Below are positions 9,157 to 19,287 of a stretch of 64,000 nucleotides of DNA, one piece after another. Source of the stretch: a virus; the IMG/VR virus record IMGVR_UViG_3300049324_000053; one strand, written 5' to 3'. Position 1 is the stretch's first letter. Each line of letters begins with the position of its first letter. The notes below the pieces were generated by a model. It saw only the letters and a program-made list of their open reading frames with translations. It did no database searches and was not told the origin of the DNA. Both the position numbers and the translations under genes were made by a program.

Positions 9157-11226
9157 GTGGCTGAAGGAACTGTCCGGCTTCCCCTGGACTCGACGGGAAA
9201 ATATCTGCGCACCCAGACTGTGACGGTCGGTGCGCAATCCGAGGAACAGCAGGTGGTGACCCTTGGTGACGCTGCGGGTCATGTTGCGGCGTTGTCCGCC
9301 GCCGGCGGCCAGTACACCCAGCTGACGAGTGCGTCCACCATCGGTCAGGTCGCGCAGGTCAACCCGTACGGCGCTTTGAAGATTCAGCCGCCGCCCCAGT
9401 TGTGGTTCTCGGACACGTTCAACAATCTTGACACCGTCAACCGATGGGTGACCGGTGGCACTATTGCGCCGATCGCGGCGAACGGTGCGGTGTTCTCTCC
9501 TGGAACCACGGCGAACGCGTCGTCGACGTTGTCGAGCATTCCGCAGTTCACCACGGGCACCGCGTACGTGTCGGTCGTCACCCCGGTCGCGCTGGAGACG
9601 GTGGCGGTGACCGGGGCGCACCGCTGGTTCGGTCTGGGCACGGCGCCGGCGAGCCCGAGTGCGACCAACCCCGTTCAGGACGGTCTGGGCTGGGAGGTGG
9701 ACACCGCCGGGGCGTTGCGGGCGAGCATGTATCAGAACGGTGGGCGGGTCTGGACGTCGATCTTGACGTATCCGTCGGACGGGCAGCCGCATTTGTACCA
9801 AATGGAGTGGTCGGCGTCGGGGGTGCTGTACTACGTCGACGGCACCGAAGTGCCGGTGATCTGGGCGCCGCCGGCGATGACCGGGGTGTCGATGCTGCCG
9901 ATCCGTACGGCGCAGTACAACGGTGCGACCACGTTGTCGGCGCCGACAACGTTCATGCTGCGTGCGGCGGGCATTTCCGACAGCATGGGCCCCACCACGA
10001 TGATCGCCGATGCGACGTATCCGTGGCGGCGGACCTCGGTCAGTGCGAACGGGGTGCTGTCGGCGGGGATGCCGGATGCCACCAGCAGTGGGTCGATCCT
10101 CATGACGACGACCGGTGGGGCGGTCACCGCGACCAGCAGCGGCGTCGGGGTGGTCGGGGTGCAGGTTGCGGGCACCTGGACCGGGACGATCGCGCTGGAA
10201 GCCACTACCGACGGCGTCAACTGGTTCGGCGTCAACGGTGTGCAATCGGGTACCGGTGCGATCGCCGGGGTGATCACCGGCAACGGACAGTGGCGGGTCA
10301 ATTCCGCCGGTTACGCGCAGGTGCGGATCCGGTCGTCGATCGCGGGGACCGGCAGTGCGACCGCGACGCTGATCGCTGCTGCACCCGCCTCTGTGATTAC
10401 TGCTGCGGAGCCGGTGCAGGTTCGTGGTTACGCGATCGCCACGAACACCAGCACGATGACGACGACCGGCACCTATGGGCCTGTTGATGTCAGCGCCGCC
10501 GGCAATGTCACCATCACCGCCTCGGGTGGGTTCGCCGGCACCATCGCCGGTGTCATCGAGCAGACCAACGACGGCAGCACCTGGTATCCGGCCGGTGGGG
10601 TGCGGTCGGACACGGGGCTGGCCGAGTCGACCTGGACGCTGGCCGCCGGCAGCGTGCGCATGTGGGACCTGGGCTGTGAAGGCATCACCGCGGTGCGCAT
10701 CCGGCTGACGACCGCACCGACCTCCAGCTCGGTGGTGTTCCGGGCCAATGCCGGCGGCATGTCGTTCTCCCCGTCGGTGGCGGCCACCCTGCAGGATCCG
10801 CCGCGGGTGGGCCTGACCTGGTACACGACCGGGTTCGCGGTGCCGACCGCGGAGGCGATGGCCACGGTGACCGGATTGCAGCGTCTCGGATCGGCTGTGG
10901 TGACCACTGCGCTGACCGTCAGCGCCGGTAAGACGTTGCGGGTGCAGGCGATCTCCGGGTCGATCACGCTGGTCGGCACGACCGCAGTGCAGACCCGCAT
11001 CACGCTGCGTGCCGCGGCGGGAGCTGCGGCGGCGGCGACCAGCCAGGTGTACTGGACGGTGCGCAAAGGCGCCAGCGCTCTCACGGCGGGCACCGTGTAC
11101 GACTTCGACACGTCGTTCGCCGGCGGGCTGGAGTTCCCCGCCGGCTACGGCATCGGGTTCTCGGCGCTGGCCGGAACTGCCTTGATGCACAGCCTGGACC
11201 TGTCCATGGTCGGTTACGAGTACTGA
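9157..11226 (+). CDS. Putative fibre/receptor-binding virion protein with beta-sandwich (lectin-like) domains
   Basis: T/G/A-rich beta protein; HLYQMEWSASGVLYYVDGTEV resembles a concanavalin-like fold; start moved to GTG 9157 because ATG 9145 lies inside the promoter motif. Confidence 0.7.
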   Translation: MAEGTVRLPLDSTGKYLRTQTVTVGAQSEEQQVVTLGDAAGHVAALSAAGGQYTQLTSASTIGQVAQVNPYGALKIQPPPQLWFSDTFNNLDTVNRWVTGGTIAPIAANGAVFSPGTTANASSTLSSIPQFTTGTAYVSVVTPVALETVAVTGAHRWFGLGTAPASPSATNPVQDGLGWEVDTAGALRASMYQNGGRVWTSILTYPSDGQPHLYQMEWSASGVLYYVDGTEVPVIWAPPAMTGVSMLPIRTAQYNGATTLSAPTTFMLRAAGISDSMGPTTMIADATYPWRRTSVSANGVLSAGMPDATSSGSILMTTTGGAVTATSSGVGVVGVQVAGTWTGTIALEATTDGVNWFGVNGVQSGTGAIAGVITGNGQWRVNSAGYAQVRIRSSIAGTGSATATLIAAAPASVITAAEPVQVRGYAIATNTSTMTTTGTYGPVDVSAAGNVTITASGGFAGTIAGVIEQTNDGSTWYPAGGVRSDTGLAESTWTLAAGSVRMWDLGCEGITAVRIRLTTAPTSSSVVFRANAGGMSFSPSVAATLQDPPRVGLTWYTTGFAVPTAEAMATVTGLQRLGSAVVTTALTVSAGKTLRVQAISGSITLVGTTAVQTRITLRAAAGAAAAATSQVYWTVRKGASALTAGTVYDFDTSFAGGLEFPAGYGIGFSALAGTALMHSLDLSMVGYEY

Positions 11227-11263
11227 TCATCCCGGTCGGAACCACTTTGGACGGGGGTGATCG

Positions 11264-13981
11264 GTGACCGCCGCAATCGTCGCGTTCTGGGCGAACCGCT
11301 GGACCCGTGTCGTGACCAACGGCACCGTCGGCCTGTCCACCACCGGCACCCTGGCCGCACAAGGCATCCGTGCCGAAGCCGGCGCCGTCTCGGTCACCGC
11401 CAACGGCACCCTCGGCGCCACCGGCCGTAAAACCGCACACGCCATCACCATCGCCACCGCGACCGCCACCGGCACCCTGACCGCACCCGGCGGCCGTAAA
11501 ACCGCACGCGGCGGCGGCACCGTCGCGTCCAGCTCCCCGATCAGCGCCGCCGGCCGTAAAACGATCACCGCTACGGTGTCGCTGCCCGCCGCCGGTGCCC
11601 TGACCGCGACCGGCCGCAAACAGGCCACCGCGACCGCCGGCGCCCTGACCGCGACCGCCGCTGCCGCCGTCACCGGCGGCGTCAAACAAACTCCGGCCCG
11701 GCCCATCACCATCACCGCCACCGGCACTTTGACCGTCACCGGCGGCCGCAAGACGATCACCGCCGCGATCACCTTGGCCGCGGCCGGCGCGCTCGCCGCG
11801 ATCGGCTCCAGCATCAAACGCGGCTTCACCAACGCCACCGGCACCCTGACCGCGGCCGCCGGCCGCAAAACCGGCCTCGGCGCCGGCACCTTGACCGCCA
11901 CCGCCACCACCGCCGTCGCCGGTGTGCACACCGCCACCGGCAGCGCCACGCCGCTGACCGCGACCGCCGGGACCGTCGTCGCCGGCCGCAAACAGGTTGC
12001 CACCGCCACCGCCGCCGGCGCTCTGACCGCCACCGTGAGCGCGGCCAGCATCGGCGTCGGACACCATGCCGGCGTCACCAGCCTCACCGGTGTCAGCATC
12101 CTCGGCGCGGCCGGTGCCAGCAGCCGCACCGGCACCGGACTGCTCGCCGGCGCCGGCACCGCCGCTGCTGCTGGCCGCAAAACGGCTACCGGCACCGGCG
12201 CTGTCATCCCGACCGGTGCCACCAGCAGCACCGCTCTGACCGTGGCCGGCACCAAAACAGGACGCTCAACGACCGTTCTGGCCGCCACCAGTGTTCTGAC
12301 CGCGACCGGTATGCACGCCACCACCACCGGCACCGTCCTGCTGACCGGTGTCACCAGCGTCACCGTTGCCGGCGCCTCCATCAAAGCCGGATACGTCAAC
12401 AGCAACAGCACCTTTGCCGTCGCCGGTCACCGCACCACCACCGGCACCGCCACCCTGACCGGCGCCACCCCCACCCTGACCGTGGCAGGTAACAAAACCG
12501 CTTCCGCCTGGGGCATCCTCGCGCCCGCCACCGGCACCCTGGCCGCGACCGGCACCCACACCGCGTTCGGCACCGTCACCACCACTGCTACTGACGTCCT
12601 GGCCGCGACCGGCACCCACACCGCGTTCGGCACCGTCACCACCACCGCCACCGGCGCCCTGGCCGCCACCGGCGCCAAGCAGCTGCCCACCATCAGCCCC
12701 GCCACCGTCACCGCCATCGACACTCTGACCGTCACCGGCGACAAGCATCTCGCCGCCGCGATCACCTTGACCGCGACCGGTGTCCTGACCGGCGACGGCG
12801 CCGGCACCCATGCCGCCCGCCTGCCCGCCACCGGCACCCTGGCCGCGACCGGCATCCGCGGCGCCGTCGGCACCGCCACCCTCACCGGCCCGACCGGCGA
12901 CCTCACCGCCGTCGGCACCGCCACCCGCACCGGCACCGTCCGCCTCGACGCCCTCACCAACCCCGTCAGCGCCGACAACGGCATCAAACGTGCCCGCGGC
13001 TTCGGCGGCATCAACGCTCTCGGACGCCTCGCCGGCACCGTTCAGCACGCCAGCCTCGGCACCGCCACCGGCCTCGGCCAGCTGTCCGCCGACGGCATCA
13101 AACACACCGGAACCGACGCCACCGGTGAACTCACCGACCTCGTCGACGCCCAAAGCTTCGGCTACAAAACCATCGACGGCGCCGGAACCGTACTGTCCAC
13201 CAGCGACCTGACCGCCATCGGCGAAGTGTCCGCCCACCGGTACATCATCGGCACCACCTTCCCCGTCGCCGCCGGCGCCGGCATCCAGATCCGCGGCCGC
13301 AAAACCGCCTTCGGCGCCGGCAGCATCACCGCCGCCGGCATCCTCGTCGTCCGCGCCGACCCCCCCGGCGCCGTCACCGCTTTCGGCACCCCCGCCGTCA
13401 CCCACGGCACCAAAAACATCAGCACCCAGAACATCTCCTTGCGCACCGAATCCACCCTGGCCGCATACGGCGCCAAAACCCTGCCCGGCACCGCCACCGT
13501 GACCGCCACCGCCACCATGACCGCGTCCGGCAGCGTCGGGCTCACCGGCACCGGCGCCGGCGCCTGCGCCGCCACCGGCATGCTCACCGCCATCGGCACC
13601 CCCGGCCCCGCCGCCGCCGCACCCGTCATCCCCATCCCCGTGTCCACCACCGGCGGCGGCACCGGCGGTGGAGGAGGGCTCACCTGGCCCGGCCGCCGCC
13701 CCCCCTTGCAGCTACGCCGCCACCTGTACTCGGGCGCCGTCACCGTCACCGGCGAAGGAACCCTCACCGCCACCGGCGCACCCGCCCCTCACGCCGCCGG
13801 CCAGGCGAGCCTGACCGCCGTCGGCATCCTGACCGCCACCGGAACCGCCACCAGCGCACGCACGCTCGAACCCGCCCGCACCGACAGCCCACCCACCATT
13901 CCCGCCGTCCCCGCCGACATCCTCGACGCGCTGCGCGCCGCCGTCGCCGACACCGAACTGTGGCTCGCGCTCGGCCCCTGA
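11264..13981 (+). CDS. Long Thr/Ala/Gly repeat protein (~20-22-aa units), putative fibre scaffold
   Basis: Recurrent TATGTLTATGRKT-like units; ends in DTELWLALGP. Confidence 0.75.
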   Translation: MTAAIVAFWANRWTRVVTNGTVGLSTTGTLAAQGIRAEAGAVSVTANGTLGATGRKTAHAITIATATATGTLTAPGGRKTARGGGTVASSSPISAAGRKTITATVSLPAAGALTATGRKQATATAGALTATAAAAVTGGVKQTPARPITITATGTLTVTGGRKTITAAITLAAAGALAAIGSSIKRGFTNATGTLTAAAGRKTGLGAGTLTATATTAVAGVHTATGSATPLTATAGTVVAGRKQVATATAAGALTATVSAASIGVGHHAGVTSLTGVSILGAAGASSRTGTGLLAGAGTAAAAGRKTATGTGAVIPTGATSSTALTVAGTKTGRSTTVLAATSVLTATGMHATTTGTVLLTGVTSVTVAGASIKAGYVNSNSTFAVAGHRTTTGTATLTGATPTLTVAGNKTASAWGILAPATGTLAATGTHTAFGTVTTTATDVLAATGTHTAFGTVTTTATGALAATGAKQLPTISPATVTAIDTLTVTGDKHLAAAITLTATGVLTGDGAGTHAARLPATGTLAATGIRGAVGTATLTGPTGDLTAVGTATRTGTVRLDALTNPVSADNGIKRARGFGGINALGRLAGTVQHASLGTATGLGQLSADGIKHTGTDATGELTDLVDAQSFGYKTIDGAGTVLSTSDLTAIGEVSAHRYIIGTTFPVAAGAGIQIRGRKTAFGAGSITAAGILVVRADPPGAVTAFGTPAVTHGTKNISTQNISLRTESTLAAYGAKTLPGTATVTATATMTASGSVGLTGTGAGACAATGMLTAIGTPGPAAAAPVIPIPVSTTGGGTGGGGGLTWPGRRPPLQLRRHLYSGAVTVTGEGTLTATGAPAPHAAGQASLTAVGILTATGTATSARTLEPARTDSPPTIPAVPADILDALRAAVADTELWLALGP
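12541..12660 (+). repeat. Near-perfect 60-bp tandem duplication (one 20-aa repeat unit)
   Basis: ggccgcgaccggcacccacaccgcgttcggcaccgtcaccaccac at 12541 and 12601. Confidence 0.9.
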
Positions 13982-14018
13982 CCACCCGTACCGCCACCGA
14001 TAAGCAATCGGTGTATTT

Positions 14019-14043
14019 GATTACCCGCCTGCCAAGGCCGACC
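14019..14043 (+). promoter_or_regulatory. Putative late promoter GAT-N15-GCCGACC
   Basis: Motif variant upstream of the scaffold-capsid block. Confidence 0.5.
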
Positions 14044-14104
14044 TCAACAGTGATGCAGGGCGACCGGATGTCCCGCATGCACCACCCCCGGCAGGAGGGA
14101 ACGC

Positions 14105-14764
14105 ATGACCGACGGGCCGATGCTTACCGAGAAGCAGTATATGGAGTTGCTCGCGGCCAGGTTGGAGCGGGAAACCGCCGGGCTGCAGGCCGAAAAAGCG
14201 GAACTGGCCGCCGCGCGCGACGAACTCACCGAACACGTCGCCACCCTCAACGCCGAGAAAGCTGAACTCACCGGCCGCATCGACGTGCTGGAAGCGGCCA
14301 AGTCCGCCGCCGAAACAGCCCGCGACGAAGCCGCCGCACAGTTCGAGGCGTACAAGGCGCATCAGGCCGAGATCGCCGCGATCGCCGCCCGTAAGACCGA
14401 ACGGGTCGACCGGGTACGCGCCGCCGCACCACACCTGACCGAAGACTTCACCAGCAATCCCGAACGCCAGCAGCGCTGGGCCGAGATGGCTGAAGAAACC
14501 TTCGCCGAGCATGTCAACGACCTTGTCGAAGCTGCCGTCGCCGCATTCAGCGCCGACGAACGCCGGCAGGTCGCCGAGGCCGACGACAAGGCGACCGTCA
14601 TCGCCAGCATCCTCGCCTCCCGTCAGACCGCCTCCGAAACCCGTTCGACCCGGCAGACCGCCGCCTTCAGCGCCGGAGTGTCCCCGAACGCGAAGACCGA
14701 GACGACCAGTGCCACGCGCCGGCTGATGGTGGCCGGCGGTCATCTTCCCGCCAAGGCCATCTGA
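14105..14764 (+). CDS. Putative capsid scaffolding protein
   Basis: Ala/Glu-rich coiled coil directly upstream of decoration and capsid genes; SD GGAGGG. Confidence 0.7.
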   Translation: MTDGPMLTEKQYMELLAARLERETAGLQAEKAELAAARDELTEHVATLNAEKAELTGRIDVLEAAKSAAETARDEAAAQFEAYKAHQAEIAAIAARKTERVDRVRAAAPHLTEDFTSNPERQQRWAEMAEETFAEHVNDLVEAAVAAFSADERRQVAEADDKATVIASILASRQTASETRSTRQTAAFSAGVSPNAKTETTSATRRLMVAGGHLPAKAI

Positions 14765-14778
14765 GAGGGGGCAACACC

Positions 14779-15315
14779 ATGGCTAGCGATTATGGACTCG
14801 CTTTCGGGTTCCGCCGGAGCAATGAGACCGTTCGCAACTCTGAAGGCCGTCTGAAGACCCCCGCGACGGGGCCGATTTTGCTGATGGGCACCGCAGTCGA
14901 GATCGACCCGGTGAACGCCGGCTACCTGCGCGTGGCTGCTGCGAACGCTCACCAGCGTCCCGGCACCTGCGGCCTGCTGCTGCAGGAAGAGGCGTGGGAC
15001 CGCACCATCTACGAGGCCGACATCATCGACAGTTACGGGCTGATGTTCGCGCGTCCGAACAGACTGTCGGTTTTGACGACCGGTGCGGGCACGAAGGTCT
15101 GGATGCAAAACCAGGCGGCTCGCACCCGCTCCGATGGCCGGGTGTTCAACGCGGTCACGATGTTCCTCACCGCCAACGTTGCTGTCGGTCGCGGTCTTGC
15201 CTGGAACGGCACCGCATACGTCGATGTTGCGGATCCCCGTGACGTGACGAGCTTCGGTGAAGTCACCTACTTCGACTCGGCGCGCGGTTACGTCGAGTTC
15301 GTTCTGGCCCGCTGA
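14779..15315 (+). CDS. Putative head decoration protein
   Basis: 178-aa beta-rich protein between scaffold and major capsid. Confidence 0.6.
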   Translation: MASDYGLAFGFRRSNETVRNSEGRLKTPATGPILLMGTAVEIDPVNAGYLRVAAANAHQRPGTCGLLLQEEAWDRTIYEADIIDSYGLMFARPNRLSVLTTGAGTKVWMQNQAARTRSDGRVFNAVTMFLTANVAVGRGLAWNGTAYVDVADPRDVTSFGEVTYFDSARGYVEFVLAR

Positions 15316-15323
15316 AAGGGGGT

Positions 15324-16313
15324 ATGACGATGCCTGCGACCAAGACCAAGGATCTGATCACCGCGGCCCGCGGTACGATGTCCCCCTGGAATCGTGACCA
15401 CCGTATCGACATGAGTGAGCATCAGGCACTCATCGACCAGGTGAACACTGAAGCGCTGGAGAACTGGGACGACGACAACTGGCACCGCCAGATCGCCGCG
15501 GACATCTCCTCGGCCGTGGACTATCAGTTCACGTTCGAGAATGTGTTCCAGGACTACTTCCGGGTGCAGACCGTCGGCGAGTTCGACCGGGTCCGTATTC
15601 GTGAGCGCCGCGGCCTGAAGGTGTTCTACACCTCTCGCGGTGGATATATCGAGGAATCCCAGATCCGTACCGAGGACTGGGCGCTGCCGCGTGACACGCT
15701 CGGTTTCCATGTCAGCGAGCACACTGACAAGCTGCGGGCGAACTTCGCGATCGCGATGAACGACATCGTCACGCTCGGCATGGAGCGCCTCGAAGCCGAG
15801 GTCAACCGGCGTATCTTCTCCCTGCTGCAGCAGGCGGTTCCGTCCGGTAGTCCGAACTATGTGGCGACCAACGGTCTGACGAAGCTGGAGCTGAACGCGG
15901 CGATCCGCGAGGTCAAGGACGCGATCAAGCCCAACGGGCTCGGTCCCGTTCCGGTGACCATCATCGGGCGCGCCAGCATGATCGACCAGATCAGCGACTT
16001 CGATCTCGGGTTCGACCCCGAGGCCACCGCTGAAGTGCGTGCTCGTGGCCGGCTCGGCGTGTACCGCGGCGCCACCGTCCAGCAGGTGATCAACTACGCG
16101 GACGAGGACGGGTTGAGCTACATCCCGGCCAACGAGCTGTGGGTGTTCGGCGGCGACGTCGGGCGATTCGCGATGTATGGCGGCCTTCAGACGAAGACAT
16201 GGGACGAAATGTCCGTAGATTTCCGCCACTATAGGGCTCGTAAGGATGTGGGTGGACTTGTCCATCACCCCGAGCAGGCCAGGCGCGTCGTTGACAGCTC
16301 TGTGGCTGGCTAA
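15324..16313 (+). CDS. Major capsid protein
   Basis: 329 aa; position and capsid-like features (RGRLGVYRGATV, IPANELWVFG). Confidence 0.8.
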   Translation: MTMPATKTKDLITAARGTMSPWNRDHRIDMSEHQALIDQVNTEALENWDDDNWHRQIAADISSAVDYQFTFENVFQDYFRVQTVGEFDRVRIRERRGLKVFYTSRGGYIEESQIRTEDWALPRDTLGFHVSEHTDKLRANFAIAMNDIVTLGMERLEAEVNRRIFSLLQQAVPSGSPNYVATNGLTKLELNAAIREVKDAIKPNGLGPVPVTIIGRASMIDQISDFDLGFDPEATAEVRARGRLGVYRGATVQQVINYADEDGLSYIPANELWVFGGDVGRFAMYGGLQTKTWDEMSVDFRHYRARKDVGGLVHHPEQARRVVDSSVAG

Positions 16314-16353
16314 TTGATCCACCATGCTCGGGATGGTGTGCTAGTCTCCTGGC

Positions 16354-17148
16354 ATGACGATCAAGAAGTCCTATGCGCCCGACCCCTTCCAGGAGGAGCC
16401 GGGCGCATTGCCTTGCACGAAGTGCGGTGTGAACCCGAGGGCAGTTCGGGGTTCGTGGTGCCGCGGTTGCCGCGCCGCTGCCCAGCGCGAGTACAACACC
16501 CGCATGCGCCCGCGCCCGCAGCAGAAGACGGGCAACTGTTTGGAATGTGGCAACGAGATGACCTGGATCTCGGGGCGTGGGCCCGATCGTGTCTACTGTT
16601 CGGCAGCTTGCAAGATGAAGGTCGACACTGCTGTTCAACGTAACCGGAAGTTAGCGAGGGATGCTGCCGCTCAAGAACGAGCCGCTCGCCGGCATCGGAT
16701 AGATAGTCTGGCCATCCAAGGTTATCGCGAATGTAACGTGTGCCATGAAGTCAAACTCTTTGAGGAGTTTCACATTCAGGGGGCCGGTCATCAGTACGCG
16801 TGTAAGATGTGCGCGCGTTCACGGGCCCGAGTTGAGTCTGGTCTTCAAAAGATCCGCTCGTATCGTTCTCACCTCAAGGGCGCATTTGGACTATCTCCCG
16901 AGGACTTCGACGGAATGCTTATCGAACAGTCCGGGCGATGTGGGATCTGCAACAACCCCATGACGAAGCCGTGCGTCGACCACGATCATTCTTGTTGTCC
17001 GGGAAAGAAGTCGTGTGGGCGATGCATTCGGAAGCTTCTGTGCAACTCTTGTAATGCCGGGATCGGCTACTTACGCGATGACGTGAGAATACTGAATCTC
17101 GCTATCGAGTACCTGGAGGCTCACCGCAGCGTCGGTGAGAGCCTGTAG
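16354..17148 (+). CDS. Recombination endonuclease VII-family (HNH-like) nuclease with N-terminal Zn fingers
   Basis: QSGRCGIC...CVDHDHSCCPGKKSCGRCIRKLLCNSCNAGIG; lower GC; TAGTCT 6 nt before ATG. Confidence 0.9.
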   Translation: MTIKKSYAPDPFQEEPGALPCTKCGVNPRAVRGSWCRGCRAAAQREYNTRMRPRPQQKTGNCLECGNEMTWISGRGPDRVYCSAACKMKVDTAVQRNRKLARDAAAQERAARRHRIDSLAIQGYRECNVCHEVKLFEEFHIQGAGHQYACKMCARSRARVESGLQKIRSYRSHLKGAFGLSPEDFDGMLIEQSGRCGICNNPMTKPCVDHDHSCCPGKKSCGRCIRKLLCNSCNAGIGYLRDDVRILNLAIEYLEAHRSVGESL

Positions 17149-17158
17149 GTATGCGAAA

Positions 17159-17191
17159 GCACCCGGCCCCCTGTGAGGAGGGGTCGGGTGC
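17159..17191. terminator. Stem-loop terminator between convergent genes
   Basis: gcacccggcccc ... ggggtcgggtgc hairpin. Confidence 0.7.
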
Positions 17192-17211
17192 CTTATGTAG
17201 TCCGTGGTGCG

Positions 17212-17586
17212 CTACCAGAGGGCCAGTTCGATGACGCCCCAGTCGTCGCCGAAGTCGATCTGCAGGTACATGCGTCCACCGAGGGCTGTCAGGTGCTTAC
17301 TCAGCGTGCTCAGCAGCAGATCCGGTTGATCCTCCAGCAGGAGTTTGGTTGTGGTCTCATCGCCGTCCATCTGCCCGGCGAGTGCCAACGTTGCTTGCTG
17401 TATTGCCTCGCCTGTCGCGTTCATCCGCAGGGTGTAGGTATCGTTGGTCTTCAGCAGTATCGCGAGCTTCTGGGCATTCGTCCGGTCCGGGTTTGGGCCG
17501 GATGCGCGCCCGACGAACCGCCGCGCTCGTTCAAGCAGTTGCTCGACATGCGGCGACAGCTCGTCGTCAGCGTCGTCGTCGCTCAT
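17212..17586 (-). CDS. Degenerate HigA/XRE-type antitoxin-like protein (orphan)
   Basis: C-terminal DLLLSTLSKHLTALGGRMYLQIDFGD matches HigA-like C-termini; HTH not recognisable. Confidence 0.55.
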   Translation of the reverse strand: MSDDDADDELSPHVEQLLERARRFVGRASGPNPDRTNAQKLAILLKTNDTYTLRMNATGEAIQQATLALAGQMDGDETTTKLLLEDQPDLLLSTLSKHLTALGGRMYLQIDFGDDWGVIELALW

Positions 17587-17780
17587 CGCGGCGGTAATCC
17601 AAGGCCGGCGCGGACCTCTTCCGAGGTGTAGACGCGGCCGGCGGCAATGTCTGCCCTCGCTTCCTGGATCTCGGCGATGATGCGAGGGTTCGTGGACATA
17701 CGCCGGATCTCGCGGCGAGTGATGAAGATCCTGTTGGTTCGGACGTATTTCTCCCACCATTGGTCGAGCGCCGAGAGCAT
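17583..17780 (-). CDS. Orphan Phd/YefM-type antitoxin C-terminal peptide
   Basis: 65 aa; STNPRIIAEIQEARADIAAGRVYTSEEV; start and stop coupled to both neighbours. Confidence 0.6.
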   Translation of the reverse strand: MLSALDQWWEKYVRTNRIFITRREIRRMSTNPRIIAEIQEARADIAAGRVYTSEEVRAGLGLPPR

Positions 17781-18112
17781 CAGGAAGCAGCCCTGACGGC
17801 GTTGTGCTGGAAGACTACCGGCGCGTCTTCTCCGAGTGTAGCGATCAGCACCTGGCGTACCCATTCGGAACGTGACATGTGGCAGTTTGCTGCTGCTGCA
17901 TCCACTGCCTTGGTCAGTTCGCGTGAGGCGCGAACCCGGATCGTTGGTGATGGTCCAGGTTCAGAAGGTGCCAGGGGTGGCCGGCCACCCCTGCGTTCGA
18001 ATCGGGTCATCGTGTCTTCGACCAGTTCGTTGATGTATTCGTCCGTCAGCGGCCGGCCATGGCTGTCGTAGACGATTTCGTCATCTGGGATGTCGCGACC
18101 GGGCTTCCTCAT
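17780..18112 (-). CDS. CopG/RHH-family antitoxin
   Basis: GRPPL...SPTIRVRASRELTKAVDAAAANCHMSRSEWVRQVL; SD AAGGAG. Confidence 0.8.
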   Translation of the reverse strand: MRKPGRDIPDDEIVYDSHGRPLTDEYINELVEDTMTRFERRGGRPPLAPSEPGPSPTIRVRASRELTKAVDAAAANCHMSRSEWVRQVLIATLGEDAPVVFQHNAVRAAS

Positions 18113-18363
18113 GGTTTTCTCCTTCGGAGGTTGTAGGGCATCACATGAATGACGATGATCTCTTCTGGGAGATCCAGTGCGATGACTTCCAACACGAGAC
18201 CTCGGTCGTCTGGGCCGAACCACATCAGCCGACCATCGTGCCCGTCGGTTCCTGTTTCGAATGTTGGCTCCGTGGTGTTCATGACGTGCTGGGCGTGGGC
18301 TTTGCCGATCCGGTGTTTTCGTGCTGAGCGGTACCAGCTGACCGGGCGATGATCGTCGGTCAC
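18109..18363 (-). CDS. Putative BrnT/RelE-fold toxin
   Basis: SARKHRIG...WFGPDDRGLVLEV...IVIHVMP; toxin-first pair with the RHH gene; leaderless GTG after CACAAT. Confidence 0.75.
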   Translation of the reverse strand: MTDDHRPVSWYRSARKHRIGKAHAQHVMNTTEPTFETGTDGHDGRLMWFGPDDRGLVLEVIALDLPEEIIVIHVMPYNLRRRKP

Positions 18364-18471
18364 GTAAGTATTGTGGCACAGTACCGTGTGGGGTGGCAAG
18401 CTGCGTTGGGTGATCGACCGCGTGCGGAGTGTCACCCTGAAGCAGGACGTTTCGGGCGGTACCGTGCCTGT

Positions 18472-19287
18472 ATGGCCTCCAAAGCCGGTGATCCGGGTCC
18501 TGCCCGTCGTGCCGCGCGGGTAGGCAAGCCCGAAGCGCGTCGTTGCGCGCAGTGTGGCCAGAGCAAGCAGCTGCGCAACTTTCCGTATGTGTACGCCGAT
18601 GGTGAGCCGCCGGGCGTGTGCCGGCGGTGTTTGTGGGCGGCGAAGCTGGCGGCGGATGAGGCCGGTGTGCGGCCGGTGCCGGTGCTGGTGGCTGATCCCC
18701 CGGTTCTGGTTTCGGCGCCGGCGCCAGTTGTCGACGAACCCACGTTGCCGGTGTCCGAGCCGCCGCTGTCTGATCCGCCGCCACTACCCGACCCGTTGCC
18801 ACCTGACGTCTTGCCGCCCGATCCGTTGACGCCGCGGCCGGTCGTGTCGCCGCCGCCGAAGGTGGATCGCTGGCCGGCGGCGCTGCGTGCCTGCGGGGCC
18901 CCGAGTGACGATCTTGCCGAGTTGATGCGCCGTCAGGGCGGGGTGTGTGCGTGTTGCGGTTGCCCGTTCGGTGCGCGCAAGCCGCGCATCCACCGGGACC
19001 GTAGCCAGCCGGACCAGGACAGCTTCTGCGCGATCTTGTGCCATCGGTGTCTGAGCGCTCTGGGAATGCTGAACAACGAGGTGCGGCTGGTGGCGCGGGC
19101 GGCGGACTATCTGCGGTCGGTGTCGGCGGCTGATGCGGATCCGTGTGTGACGACGCCTGTTCCGCCCGCTACGGGCGCGTCGTGGCGGGTGTTGACGCCG
19201 GGGATGGTGGTGTGCGTGCCGGTGGTGTCCTGGTGGGTGCGGGTGCGATCGCGGTTCGTTTCCTGGTGGATGTCGGGTCGTCCCTGA
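18472..19287 (+). CDS. Degenerate endonuclease VII-like protein with Pro-rich linker
   Basis: QGGVCACC...LCHRCLSALGMLNNEVRLVARAADYL retained; VDHDH replaced by IHRDR and CN by CL. Confidence 0.7.
   Translation: MASKAGDPGPARRAARVGKPEARRCAQCGQSKQLRNFPYVYADGEPPGVCRRCLWAAKLAADEAGVRPVPVLVADPPVLVSAPAPVVDEPTLPVSEPPLSDPPPLPDPLPPDVLPPDPLTPRPVVSPPPKVDRWPAALRACGAPSDDLAELMRRQGGVCACCGCPFGARKPRIHRDRSQPDQDSFCAILCHRCLSALGMLNNEVRLVARAADYLRSVSAADADPCVTTPVPPATGASWRVLTPGMVVCVPVVSWWVRVRSRFVSWWMSGRP

Noticed and set aside
11264-13981. PE-PGRS or host adhesin interpretation of the Gly/Ala/Thr repeats
   Set aside because: No PE domain, signal peptide or GGxGG pattern; embedded in a virion operon
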